A stretch of DNA of 64,000 nt, from positions 24,964 to 88,963 of the forward strand of contig JBEPZK010000002.1 in NCBI GenBank assembly GCA_041640855.1, given 5' to 3'. The notes beneath the pieces were generated by a model that was given only the letters and a program-made list of their open reading frames with translations, had not been told where the DNA came from and did not search any database. This DNA is from Candidatus Kryptoniota bacterium (GTDB lineage Bacteria; Bacteroidota; Ignavibacteria; Kryptoniales; Kryptoniaceae). The translations under genes and the position numbers were made by a program. Below are positions 38,728 to 48,330 of this stretch, one piece after another (the first letter of the stretch is position 1; each line of letters starts with the position of its first letter).

Positions 38728-39545
38728 GAAACAGTCATAAAGTGTGTTATGATATTACTTTGTGCGTTTGATTTATCGATGGCTTGGAATTCAAATTTAT
38801 ATTTGCCTTTTTGCGTATTTGGTGGAAGTTGAATTATTAGCGAATATATACCATCACCAGCTTTTTCGTCGCCACTTATCCCGCTTGCGTTGCCATCATC
38901 GTACATCTTGAATGGATTTCCAGAGGAAGGGGAACCGTCGGGTTTAAATACATTAAATTGAACAACTTTTATGTCATCGTTGCCATCGGGGTCAAATGCC
39001 TTAACCGTAATTTTGATTAGAACAGTTTGGGGTTGGACGTAAACTGTGTCTGGCGCGTTTAGGTCAGAAAGCACAGGCGGACGATTCCCACGATAGAGAT
39101 TTAAACTTACATAAACTTCGTTTCCCGAAAAACCTTTTTTATCCACAGAGAAAACTTTGACATAATAATTTCCACTCTCCTTTCGCTTAATTTTAAAGTT
39201 TGGCTCGGCGTAAAATGTGATCGAATCCAATTTCGCAAGTTTACCTTTGCTTAACGCTATACTTTTAAGCGGATTTATGATTTCATATAACGTTTCATCG
39301 ATGTCGTCTTGTCCATCTTTGTCTGAAACCGTTGCAGTAATTTTTAAATTTATATTCAAAGTGTCGTCAGGGCTTTTATCCGAGCCAATCTTTATTGTAT
39401 CGAGATTTATCTCCACAGGTTCGACTTTGACAGATTTTACGGTCGGTGGATTTGAAAAATTTACATCGACTACATTTAAATTTTCTTCTGAACATGAGGC
39501 AATTATTCCTGCAAGTAGTAATAGGTAAATCAGTTTTCGCATCAA
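38724..39545 (-). CDS. Lipoprotein with Ig-like and choice-of-anchor X-like domains
   Basis: Lipobox IIASC after a hydrophobic stretch; DKDGQDDI and DPDGNDDI repeats; MYDDGNASGISGDEKAGDGIYS motif. Confidence 0.7.
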   Translation of the reverse strand: MMRKLIYLLLLAGIIASCSEENLNVVDVNFSNPPTVKSVKVEPVEINLDTIKIGSDKSPDDTLNINLKITATVSDKDGQDDIDETLYEIINPLKSIALSKGKLAKLDSITFYAEPNFKIKRKESGNYYVKVFSVDKKGFSGNEVYVSLNLYRGNRPPVLSDLNAPDTVYVQPQTVLIKITVKAFDPDGNDDIKVVQFNVFKPDGSPSSGNPFKMYDDGNASGISGDEKAGDGIYSLIIQLPPNTQKGKYKFEFQAIDKSNAQSNIITHFMTVS

Positions 39546-39551
39546 AAATTT

Positions 39552-40508
39552 TTATTTTATTGTTATCGGCACTGGTGAAATTGAAAGAATAAAAATCGCT
39601 ATCGATATCCAACCGATTATTCTGCGTTTTTTGTCAAGAGTTCCAAACGTTCCAATCGGTGGATGTTCAATTCTAATGACGAAATACAAAACGAAAGCCC
39701 AAACGAGCCAACCTGGCCATCCCAAATTTTGTTCGAAAATCCCAAACAAGCCGAAAATAATCAAACTAAAGAAAAATCCTCTCGCGATATATCGATGTTT
39801 TTCCCCAAACATCGCATAGATTATATGACCTCCATCAAGTTGACCTACTGGAATTAAATTCATTGCAGTCACAAGTAAACCAAACCATCCAGCGCATAGA
39901 TAAGGATAATGGTAAATTTCGTTCATCGGTGGGATGAAGGCATCTGGATTTAAAAAGGAAAAAATTTTTTTGAGCAAAAAGAAAAAGAGTGTATCCCCGA
40001 ATGTTAAATCGCCAGTTGGAAGTGAAGGCAAAAAACGATATTCAGGATGAATTTGGTAAAGATATTCGATATCAGGAAGGTTTAAAAATCCATACAGCAA
40101 TACGAGCAAGGTTGCGATAAATCCCGCTATTGGACCTGCAACGCCTATATCAAATAGAGCCCTTTTATTTGGAACCAATGATTTTATCCTTATAACTGCG
40201 CCAAGCGTGCCAAAATTTAAAACGAATGGAATTGGAGGAAATGGTATGAAATAGGGAAGAGTTGTGACAACGCCATGTTTTCTTGCAGCGAAATAATGCC
40301 CAAATTCATGTGATGTGATTATGAAAAGAATCGAAATTGAATATGGCAAGCCAAAATGAAGATTGTTTAATTCAAATGGGTCTTTCATAACCCATTGAAC
40401 CCCGGCTATGGTCACGGTTAAAAATGTTATAATGAAAAGGAATATGTGAAGTATATAATTAGGTTTGTATTCTTGCGTTTCCAAAACGTAATATTCCGGT
40501 GCGCTCAT
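39552..40508 (-). CDS. Site-2 protease (M50 family)
   Basis: HEFGH, AGPIAG and NLIPVGQLDGGH motifs in TM segments. Confidence 0.92.
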   Translation of the reverse strand: MSAPEYYVLETQEYKPNYILHIFLFIITFLTVTIAGVQWVMKDPFELNNLHFGLPYSISILFIITSHEFGHYFAARKHGVVTTLPYFIPFPPIPFVLNFGTLGAVIRIKSLVPNKRALFDIGVAGPIAGFIATLLVLLYGFLNLPDIEYLYQIHPEYRFLPSLPTGDLTFGDTLFFFLLKKIFSFLNPDAFIPPMNEIYHYPYLCAGWFGLLVTAMNLIPVGQLDGGHIIYAMFGEKHRYIARGFFFSLIIFGLFGIFEQNLGWPGWLVWAFVLYFVIRIEHPPIGTFGTLDKKRRIIGWISIAIFILSISPVPITIK

Positions 40509-40530
40509 CTATGTCTAAAATTTTTTATTC

Positions 40531-40559
40531 AATTTGAGCAAAAAAACGGAAAAAGTCAA
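40531..40559 (-). promoter_or_regulatory. Probable promoter for the minus-strand M50/T9SS operon
   Basis: On the minus strand: TTGACT (40559-40554), 17 bp, CAAATT (40536-40531), just upstream of the ATG at 40508. Confidence 0.5.
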
Positions 40560-40660
40560 ATTCACAAAATGTAGCGGAATTGAACAAGCGGTCACAGTCA
40601 AGATTGAAACAGCGGGCAAAATTGTTTTGAATTTTACTGAGAAATTGATTAAATTTTTTG

Positions 40661-40669
40661 TGGTATAAT
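40661..40669 (+). promoter_or_regulatory. Extended -10 promoter element
   Basis: TGGTATAAT (TGnTATAAT) about 110 nt upstream of the 40782 gene. Confidence 0.5.
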
Positions 40670-40781
40670 ATTTGCACGAATTGTTTAATGGCTGTTTCTA
40701 CTTTCCTGCCCAAAAGTTCTTTTGAGAATGATCGCGCTCGCTAAAAGCGAGCGTTAGAAAAAATAAAAAGGAGGTACTGCC

Positions 40782-41105
40782 ATGTGGCAGTTTTGGGCAA
40801 CCTTAATCGTGGGTCTCTGGCTTCTTCTGGGTTCAGGTATAGCAGGGGTTAATATCTCAAAAGACAGTTATGAAGTTGGTTATCTCTTGGTTGGGATTAT
40901 TTCATTTGTCCTTGGATTGTGGGTCTTTATAGGACCAGTTAAAGGATTGCTGAAGGTTTTTTCCGCAATTATTGGCATCGCTGGGATTTGGCTTGGGATT
41001 TCTGCTTTTGTTTCAGGTCTTCAGGGAATTCTCAATTCAATTATTGTCGGAATTGTTTTGATTGTGCTTGGTTTCTGGGGTGGTATAACTAAGCCATCTT
41101 CCTAA
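40782..41105 (+). CDS. SPW-repeat-like small membrane protein
   Basis: Four TM segments with W...GLWL / GIWL repeats; SD AAGGAGGT. Confidence 0.65.
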   Translation: MWQFWATLIVGLWLLLGSGIAGVNISKDSYEVGYLLVGIISFVLGLWVFIGPVKGLLKVFSAIIGIAGIWLGISAFVSGLQGILNSIIVGIVLIVLGFWGGITKPSS

Positions 41106-41113
41106 GGTAGTTT

Positions 41114-41138
41114 CCTGGGGCGTTTGTTCCGCCCCAGG
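41114..41138 (+). terminator. Probable intrinsic terminator hairpin
   Basis: Perfect 9-bp GC-rich stem CCTGGGGCG / CGCCCCAGG with a 7-nt loop, 9 nt after the stop; the U-tract is weak. Confidence 0.6.
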
Positions 41139-41165
41139 ACTGTAAAAATTTTTTATCTACCGTAA

Positions 41166-42101
41166 GTGATCACAAAAACTGTAAATAAATACGAACCACG
41201 ATACATCGAACTTCATAGAAAAGGTTTATTAAAGGAAAGGGTTGAGGTTTTAAAACAGATTTTAAACGATTGTACGCTTTGTCCGAGAAATTGTCATGTC
41301 AATAGAAACGCGGGGAAAAAAGGAAAATGTAGGGTTGGAAGCGAGATTATAATTTCGGGGGTTCATCCACATTTTGGAGAAGAACCATGTCTTGTCGGAA
41401 AACATGGTTCTGGTACGATTTTCTTCGCAAGTTGTAACATGAATTGTATCTATTGTCAAAATTTTGAGATAAGCAGATTCAAACAAGGCGAGATTGTGGA
41501 TGTTTCTACGCTTGCTGATTCGATGTTATATCTTCAGAAAATTGGATGTCACAACATAAATCTTGTTACACCAACTCATTACGTTCCGCAAATTGTTGAA
41601 GCGATCGAGATTGCGGTAAAAAAAGGATTGAGGGTTCCAATAGTTTATAACTGCGGCGGCTATGAATCAGTTGAAACATTGAAACTTCTTGATGGAATTG
41701 TAGATATTTATATGCCAGACATTAAATATTCTGATAATTCCATGGGTTTGAAATACTCCGGGGTTCCAGATTATTGGGATGTCGTTCGTCCTGCGGTCAA
41801 AGAGATGTGGAGACAAGTTGGTGACCTTGAAATAGTTGACGGGCTTGCGGTTAGAGGTTTATTAATTCGTCATCTTGTTCTGCCGAATAACATTGCCGGC
41901 TCTGCTAAAGTTTTCGAATTTATAGCAAATGAAATTTCGAAGAACACATATGTTAACATAATGGCTCAATATAGACCTTACTTCAATGCTTTTTTGAAAC
42001 CTGAACTTTCGCGAAGGATAACGATGCAAGAGTATAAAGAAGCAGTGAAAACAGCATATCAATTTGGGCTTACAAGAATTGAGCTAAGCCCGTGGTTTTA
42101 A
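41166..42101 (+). CDS. Radical SAM protein, PflX-like (putative activating enzyme)
   Basis: CTLCPRNC, HFGEEP, CNMNCIYCQN, HNINLVTP, YMPDIKY and RHLVLP. Confidence 0.85.
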   Translation: MITKTVNKYEPRYIELHRKGLLKERVEVLKQILNDCTLCPRNCHVNRNAGKKGKCRVGSEIIISGVHPHFGEEPCLVGKHGSGTIFFASCNMNCIYCQNFEISRFKQGEIVDVSTLADSMLYLQKIGCHNINLVTPTHYVPQIVEAIEIAVKKGLRVPIVYNCGGYESVETLKLLDGIVDIYMPDIKYSDNSMGLKYSGVPDYWDVVRPAVKEMWRQVGDLEIVDGLAVRGLLIRHLVLPNNIAGSAKVFEFIANEISKNTYVNIMAQYRPYFNAFLKPELSRRITMQEYKEAVKTAYQFGLTRIELSPWF

Positions 42102-42200
42102 CTTTCATTTTTAATCTTGCACCTTCGCCCATTTAACGACGTTGCTCCAACGAAGGCTCCATTTATAATGGTAAATGGATTTCTGTCAAAGTGGGAAAAT

Positions 42201-42229
42201 TTGACTTTATTTGCGCGTTTATTTAAATT
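42201..42229 (+). promoter_or_regulatory. Probable sigma70-type promoter
   Basis: TTGACT (42201-42206), 17 bp, TAAATT (42224-42229), 20 nt before the ATG at 42249. Confidence 0.6.
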
Positions 42230-42248
42230 TTTTCAAAAAGTTTGAAAG

Positions 42249-44339
42249 ATGAAAAAATTAACTATTGTGTTCTTACTTTTTCTTGCTACGATAATACATG
42301 CCCAAAGTTTAATTGGTTTCGTCGGGGACAACATAGTAAAGCAATTACAATGGGAAAAGAAATTTTTATCAATTCCAAAAGCATCAAATTGCGAAAGACA
42401 TTTATTCATCTTAACAGAAGAACCGCATCCCGCAGGAAGCCAAGCCGGGTACAAAGTTGCATTTTATATAGATAGTGTTTTTAAATCATATGGCTTGAAT
42501 TCGAAGATAGCTGAATACTGGGCTTATCTTCCTTATCCTGAAGAGGTCTCTCTTGAGATGACGCAGCCGTACAAAATAAAATTTGAATTAAAAGAAACAC
42601 AGTGGATATGGGACAAGGATACATACGAAGATGGAGTTTTCACCTTCTTTAACGCTTACTCGCCGGACGGTGAAGTTGAAGCCCAAGTTGTGTATGTCAA
42701 TTATGGTCTTCCGGAAGATTATGCAAAACTTAGAGAGATGGGAATTGATGTAAAAGGTAAAATAGCTATCGCAAGGTATGGGAAATCTTTTAGAGGTGTG
42801 AAATCAAAAGTTGCTGAGGAAAATGGCGCTATAGGTTTGTTGATTTATTCCGATCCGATGGACGATGGATATATGAAAGGAGATGTTTATCCCCGAGGGC
42901 CTTGGAGACCTGAAGATGCAGTTCAAAGAGGTAGTATTTATTATATGTTCGAATATCCTGGAGACCCACTTACGCCCGGTTATCCCGCTTTGAAAGATGC
43001 GAAGAGAATCCCAATTGAGCAAGCGAAAAGTTTGCCAAAAATTCCAACGATGCCGATCTCATATAAAATTGCAAAAGAAATTCTTCAAAATTTATCCGGA
43101 CCGAATGTTCCCGAAGGATGGCAAGGCGGACTTCCGTTTGCCTATCATATCGGACCTGGACCAACAAAAGTTAGAATTAAGATAAAATCGGATTGGAAAA
43201 TTAGGTCGATAAAAAATGTAATTGCTGAGTTGCGCGGTTTTGAGGAGCCAGAAAAGAAGGTAATTTTAGGGAATCATCACGATGCATGGATTTATGGAGC
43301 GGTTGATCCAAACAGTGGAACCGCGGTTATGCTTGAGACAGCAAGAGCTCTATCTGAACTCGTCAAACAAGGATGGAGACCGAAAAGAAGCATTTTGTTT
43401 TGTGCATGGGATGCGGAGGAATATGGTTTAATCGGTTCTACAGAATGGGTTGAAGATAATTACAATGAGCTTGTTAAAAACGCCATCGCCTATGTAAATA
43501 TCGACGCTGCGGTATCTGGAAAAAATTTCAGCGCAAGCGCTGTCCCATCCCTTGACCGCTTCATTGAAGAACTGATAAAGTCGGTCGATGACCCAGAAAC
43601 CGGAAACAGTATCTTTTTCGAAACCTGGAAGAGACAAAATAACTTGAAGAAAATTACAAACCTACCTGATACAGCAAGAATCAAAATTGAAAGGTTGGGA
43701 AGTGGCTCGGATTATACCGCATTTCTTGAATTCGCCGGAATTCCCTCAATTGATTTGAGAAGCACTGGACCTTACGGAGTTTATCATTCTCAACTTGACA
43801 ATTTTTATTGGATGAAAAATTTTGGCGACCCAAGTTTCAAATATCACGAAACGATGGTCAAAATCGTTGGGCTTGCTCTGATGAGATTAAGTTCATCCGA
43901 TTATCTTCCGTTCAATTACGCTGATTATGCAAGTGAAATTGAAAAATATATCGCCGACATCGAAAAGAAATATTCCGACGAGCTCAAGAAGAATAACGTT
44001 ACTCTTGACAAAATTAGAGAAAAACTCAAAACTTTCAGAGTTTACGCAGATTCGCTCTCGCGAAAACCTGATTTGCTTTTGAACGTTGAGCTACAAAAGT
44101 TGGAGCAAAAATTTACGAGAAAACCTGGTTTGCCAAAGAGGGATTGGTTTAAGCATAGAATTTATGCGCCGGGATATTATCTTGGATATGGGACTCAACC
44201 CCTTCCTGGGATTAGCGAATCAATACTTTTTGGCGATTTTGAACTTGCAAAAAAAGAGACTAAATTACTTGAGGATATAATCGACGAACTTACAAAAGAA
44301 GTTCAAAACATTTTAAGAACCAAAGTGGGTGCAAAATGA
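42249..44339 (+). CDS. M28 glutamate carboxypeptidase II-like peptidase (PA and TfR-dimerisation domains)
   Basis: Signal peptide, HPAGS, YVNYG, QRGS, NHHDAW, DPNSG, WDAEEYG, GSGSDY, YHS and HRIYAPG. Confidence 0.9.
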   Translation: MKKLTIVFLLFLATIIHAQSLIGFVGDNIVKQLQWEKKFLSIPKASNCERHLFILTEEPHPAGSQAGYKVAFYIDSVFKSYGLNSKIAEYWAYLPYPEEVSLEMTQPYKIKFELKETQWIWDKDTYEDGVFTFFNAYSPDGEVEAQVVYVNYGLPEDYAKLREMGIDVKGKIAIARYGKSFRGVKSKVAEENGAIGLLIYSDPMDDGYMKGDVYPRGPWRPEDAVQRGSIYYMFEYPGDPLTPGYPALKDAKRIPIEQAKSLPKIPTMPISYKIAKEILQNLSGPNVPEGWQGGLPFAYHIGPGPTKVRIKIKSDWKIRSIKNVIAELRGFEEPEKKVILGNHHDAWIYGAVDPNSGTAVMLETARALSELVKQGWRPKRSILFCAWDAEEYGLIGSTEWVEDNYNELVKNAIAYVNIDAAVSGKNFSASAVPSLDRFIEELIKSVDDPETGNSIFFETWKRQNNLKKITNLPDTARIKIERLGSGSDYTAFLEFAGIPSIDLRSTGPYGVYHSQLDNFYWMKNFGDPSFKYHETMVKIVGLALMRLSSSDYLPFNYADYASEIEKYIADIEKKYSDELKKNNVTLDKIREKLKTFRVYADSLSRKPDLLLNVELQKLEQKFTRKPGLPKRDWFKHRIYAPGYYLGYGTQPLPGISESILFGDFELAKKETKLLEDIIDELTKEVQNILRTKVGAK

Positions 44340-45262
44340 ACATACTTGTAACAGGTGGTGCTGGTTTCATAGGTTCTCATGTTGTCGACGCTTATATTGA
44401 ACTTGGTCACAATGTAATTGTCGTTGACAATTTATCGACAGGTTCAATTGAAAATTTAAATCCGAAGGCAAAATTTTATAAGCTTGACATAAGGGATGAT
44501 GAAGTTGAGCAAGTTTTTAAAGCGGAGGAAATCGATGTTGTAAATCATCATGCTGCGCAAATGGATGTTAGAAAGTCTGTGGAAGACCCAATTTATGACG
44601 CGGATGTAAATATCATCGGGAGTTTGAAACTTTTGCAGTTTAGCATTAAATATGGAGTTAAAAAATTTATATTTGCCTCAACCGGTGGAGCCATTTACGG
44701 TGAGCAAATTTATTTCCCTGCTGATGAGGAGCATCCAACTCAACCTCTTTCTCCGTATGGGGTTGCGAAGTTGACCGTTGAAAAATATCTTTACTTTTAC
44801 AAAGAAGTGTACGGTTTGAATTATGTTGTTTTAAGATATGCAAACATTTATGGGCCACGTCAAAATCCTCATGGCGAGGCTGGCGTCGTTGCAATTTTCA
44901 CAAGCAAAATGCTCAAAGGAGAACAACCTGTAATAAATGGCGATGGATTTCAAACGAGGGATTACACTTATGTTGGCGATGTCGTCAGAGCTAATGTGCT
45001 CGCTTTAAATTATGATAAGTCGGATGTTTTTAACATAGGAACTGGTTTGGAGACCGATGTAAACACACTTTTCCGTAAGTTAAAAATTTTGACCGGAGCA
45101 AATTGCGAGGAATATCATGGACCTGCCAAACCGGGGGAACAGAGGAGAAGCGTCATAAGTTATGACAAAATTTATAAAACCCTCGGCTGGAAACCGGAGG
45201 TTTCACTTGACGAAGGATTAAAGCTAACCGTTGAATTTTTCAAAAACAAATGGAGTTTTTGA
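44336..45262 (+). CDS. NAD-dependent epimerase/dehydratase (UDP-glucose 4-epimerase-like)
   Basis: TGGAGFIGSH, ASTGGAIYG, YGVAK (YxxxK), YGPRQ and RDYTYV. Confidence 0.9.
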   Translation: MNILVTGGAGFIGSHVVDAYIELGHNVIVVDNLSTGSIENLNPKAKFYKLDIRDDEVEQVFKAEEIDVVNHHAAQMDVRKSVEDPIYDADVNIIGSLKLLQFSIKYGVKKFIFASTGGAIYGEQIYFPADEEHPTQPLSPYGVAKLTVEKYLYFYKEVYGLNYVVLRYANIYGPRQNPHGEAGVVAIFTSKMLKGEQPVINGDGFQTRDYTYVGDVVRANVLALNYDKSDVFNIGTGLETDVNTLFRKLKILTGANCEEYHGPAKPGEQRRSVISYDKIYKTLGWKPEVSLDEGLKLTVEFFKNKWSF

Positions 45263-45266
45263 ATTT

Positions 45267-46217
45267 GTGCTTGAGCTTGTAAGTAAGGTCATAAATGGAG
45301 ATTTCAGAGCTATTTCAAGGGCGATCTCGCTCGTCGAAAATGAACATCCGAACGCCGAAGAATTGTTGAAAGAAATTTATAAACATATCGGTAAGGCTTA
45401 TAAAATTGGCATAACAGGGCCACCTGGGGCAGGGAAAAGCACGCTTGTTTTTCAATTGACGAAACTTTTAAGAAATGAAGGAAATAAAGTTGGGATAATT
45501 GCGGTTGACCCGACAAGCCCGTTTACAGGGGGTTCACTCCTTGGGGATAGAGTGAGAATGAACGAACTCACACTTGACCAAGGTGTCTTCATAAGAAGTA
45601 TGGCGACTAGAGGGAGTTTAGGCGGATTAAGCAAAAAAGCGATCGAAGCAGGTGATATACTCGATTCAGCTGGATTTGATTATATCATCTTTGAAACAGT
45701 TGGGGTTGGTCAATCTGAACTTGATATCGTTAAAGTGGCTGATACGATTGTCGTAGTTTTAGTTCCCGAATCTGGCGATTCGATTCAGGCTATGAAAGCG
45801 GGACTTATGGAGATAGCGGATATATTTGTCCTTAACAAAAGTGATAGGGAAGGGGCAGATATTGCGGTGAACGCAATTAAAAGCGTGTTAAGTTTCAGAC
45901 AGAGGAAAGATGAATGGGATATTAAAGTTATAAAAACAATCGCAAGCGCGAACACCGGAATAAACGAACTTTTAGAAGCGATAAAAGAGCATAAAAACTT
46001 CCTTGAAAAAACAGGCGAATTTGAAAAAAGAAGGAAAGAAAAACTAAAACAGAAAATAAGAGAAATAATCGAGGAAAAACTCAGAGAAAACTTTTGGACC
46101 CCGGACAGGGAAAAGTTGTTGGAGGAAAGGGTAAACTCAATTGTAAATTCTCGTTTAAATCCGCTTGAAATCGCGGAGGAATTAATCGAACATTTCTATC
46201 ATCAAAATTCTTTATGA
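45267..46217 (+). CDS. meaB: Methylmalonyl-CoA mutase-associated GTPase
   Basis: GITGPPGAGKST, VDPTSP, LGDRVRM, ETVGVGQSE, QAMKAG and NKSD; GTG 45267 inferred as start. Confidence 0.9.
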   Translation: MLELVSKVINGDFRAISRAISLVENEHPNAEELLKEIYKHIGKAYKIGITGPPGAGKSTLVFQLTKLLRNEGNKVGIIAVDPTSPFTGGSLLGDRVRMNELTLDQGVFIRSMATRGSLGGLSKKAIEAGDILDSAGFDYIIFETVGVGQSELDIVKVADTIVVVLVPESGDSIQAMKAGLMEIADIFVLNKSDREGADIAVNAIKSVLSFRQRKDEWDIKVIKTIASANTGINELLEAIKEHKNFLEKTGEFEKRRKEKLKQKIREIIEEKLRENFWTPDREKLLEERVNSIVNSRLNPLEIAEELIEHFYHQNSL

Positions 46218-46260
46218 CCGAGCCAAAAGCTCGACTTAAAAAACAAAATGGTTAAAAACC

Positions 46261-47418
46261 ATGGATTTTTACCTTACCGAAACTCAAAAGCAAGTGAAAC
46301 AACTTGCCCGAGATTTTGCAGAAAATGAAATTGCTCCAAATGTGAGAAAGTTCGACGCAACTGGTGAATTTCCAACCGAGATAATGAGAAAACTCGGTGA
46401 AATTGGATTTTTGGGGATAACTTTCCCTGAGGAATATGGCGGGGCTGGATTAAGTTATCTTGATTATGTTGTGATAATTGAAGAGATAAGCAAAGTTGAC
46501 CCATCGATCGGTTTGAGCGTTGCTGCGCATAACGGTCTTTGTACAAATCATATTTACTTGTTCGGAAATGAGGAACAGAAGAGAAAATATCTTCCTGACC
46601 TTTGCACTGGCAGAAAAATTGGCGCTTGGGCGTTGACAGAACCACAGGCAGGAAGTGATGCTGCAAATCTTTTGACTACCGCGGTTAAAGAAGGGGACCA
46701 TTACATCTTGAACGGGAACAAAGTTTTTACAACACATGGAAGCGTTGGAGACATCATCGTCGTAATGGCTGTCACGGACAAAAGCAAAGGTAAAAATGGG
46801 ATTTCCGCATTCGTAGTTGAAAAAGGGTATGAAGGTTTAATTGTTGGAAGGAAGGAGGATAAACTTGGGATGAGGGCAAGTGATACTTGTTCTTTAACGT
46901 TTGATAATTGCGTTGTTCCAGGTGAAAATTTGCTCGGTGAAGAAGGTCAAGGTTATAAGCAGGCGATGGAAATTCTCGCTGGGGGTAGAATTGGGATAGC
47001 AGCGCTTTCTGTTGGGCTTGCGCAAGGGGCTTTAGATTTAAGTTTAAAATATGCAAAAGAGAGAAAAGCTTTCGGAAAATATATAGCGGAATTTCAGGCT
47101 ATTCAATGGAAACTTGCTGATATGGCAACTCAAATAGAAGGGGCGAGATTATTGACATATAAAGCAGCTTACCTTAAAGACCAAGGCAAAGATTATTCCC
47201 TTTACGCATCTATGGCGAAGTATTTCGCAAGCGAAGTTGCGGTAAGATGCGCAAATGAAGCTGTTCAAATTTTCGGCGGATATGGCTACATCAAAGAATA
47301 TCCAGTTGAGAAACTTTACAGAGATGCGAAACTTCTAACGATAGGCGAAGGGACAAGCGAGATTCAAAAAATTATAATTGCGAATAAAATTTTAAGGGAG
47401 CTCTCACATCTTGATTAA
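46261..47418 (+). CDS. Acyl-CoA dehydrogenase
   Basis: WALTEPQAGSD, NGNKVF, KLGMRAS, RKAFG, QIFGGYG and IGEGTSEI. Confidence 0.93.
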   Translation: MDFYLTETQKQVKQLARDFAENEIAPNVRKFDATGEFPTEIMRKLGEIGFLGITFPEEYGGAGLSYLDYVVIIEEISKVDPSIGLSVAAHNGLCTNHIYLFGNEEQKRKYLPDLCTGRKIGAWALTEPQAGSDAANLLTTAVKEGDHYILNGNKVFTTHGSVGDIIVVMAVTDKSKGKNGISAFVVEKGYEGLIVGRKEDKLGMRASDTCSLTFDNCVVPGENLLGEEGQGYKQAMEILAGGRIGIAALSVGLAQGALDLSLKYAKERKAFGKYIAEFQAIQWKLADMATQIEGARLLTYKAAYLKDQGKDYSLYASMAKYFASEVAVRCANEAVQIFGGYGYIKEYPVEKLYRDAKLLTIGEGTSEIQKIIIANKILRELSHLD

Positions 47419-48128
47419 CTTGCGATGGCTATCGACAGAGCGAAAACTTTCGAAGCCCCAGCCATAGCCAAAGCCTTTGCACACTCATTTATCGTTGAAC
47501 CGGTAGTTATCACATCATCCACGATTATAACTTTTTTACCGATTACAAAATTTTTATACTTTCCACTGACGAAGAAGGCATCTTTAACGTTTTCTTTCCT
47601 TTTTTCAAAATCCAATTTCGTTTGAGTTTCTGTATTTCTCGCCCTGACGAGAAGGTTTCCGACAACCTTAATTCCCGTTGCATTACTTACACCTTTCGCT
47701 ATCAATTCACTTTGATTATATCCTCTTTCCCTTAATCTTATCTTATGAAGTGGAACCGGGACTAAAACATCCGCTGTTAAAAAGTCGGAGTCATTTTTTA
47801 TTAATTGACCTATGACCTCGCCAAGAAAAACTCCAATTGAGCGTTTGTTTTGATACTTGAGTTCGTGGATCAAGGTTTGAATTATGCTTTCTTCTTTGAA
47901 ATGGAAACCTGAAAAAGCCTTGTTTATAAAGCTTGCGTTTTCAAATTTTGCGGAAAAACTTCGCTCAAGGTCGATTGGGTCTGTCCTCTCGATCTTTTGA
48001 AAGCAGTTTGCACAAATTATCATTCTTCTATCCTCCAGATGTTGATGGCAAATTTCACATTCATAGATGAAAACGAAATCGAGAAATGAGTCAAATATAA
48101 ATTTTGCTACCTGTTGGAGCAAACCCAA
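47415..48128 (-). CDS. comF: ComF family phosphoribosyltransferase-like protein
   Basis: CEIC...CANC, LKY, PVPLH...RERGYNQS and IIVDDVITTGST. Confidence 0.88.
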   Translation of the reverse strand: MGLLQQVAKFIFDSFLDFVFIYECEICHQHLEDRRMIICANCFQKIERTDPIDLERSFSAKFENASFINKAFSGFHFKEESIIQTLIHELKYQNKRSIGVFLGEVIGQLIKNDSDFLTADVLVPVPLHKIRLRERGYNQSELIAKGVSNATGIKVVGNLLVRARNTETQTKLDFEKRKENVKDAFFVSGKYKNFVIGKKVIIVDDVITTGSTINECAKALAMAGASKVFALSIAIAS

Positions 48129-48330
48129 GGCTTTTTCTAAAATTTATGAAATTGGCATTGAATTGCAAAAATTTTCGGGTTTTGACCCTTTCAAATTGGT
48201 GGTTTTCACATTTTTATAATATTTTTTCTCGTCCTTGATGAGTTTGATGCAGAAAGTCATAAGGCATATCGTGGTATCTTGAATAAGTGATGATTTTTGA
48301 TTAATTTTTTCAAAAACTTCTAAGCCAAAG

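Noticed and set aside
40525-40713. 62-aa minus-strand intergenic ORF
   Set aside because: It overlaps two divergent promoter elements, has no SD and no recognisable protein features.
46219-46233. Hairpin CGAGC-CAAAA-GCTCG after meaB
   Set aside because: Only 5 bp with no U-tract; too weak to call a terminator or repeat element.
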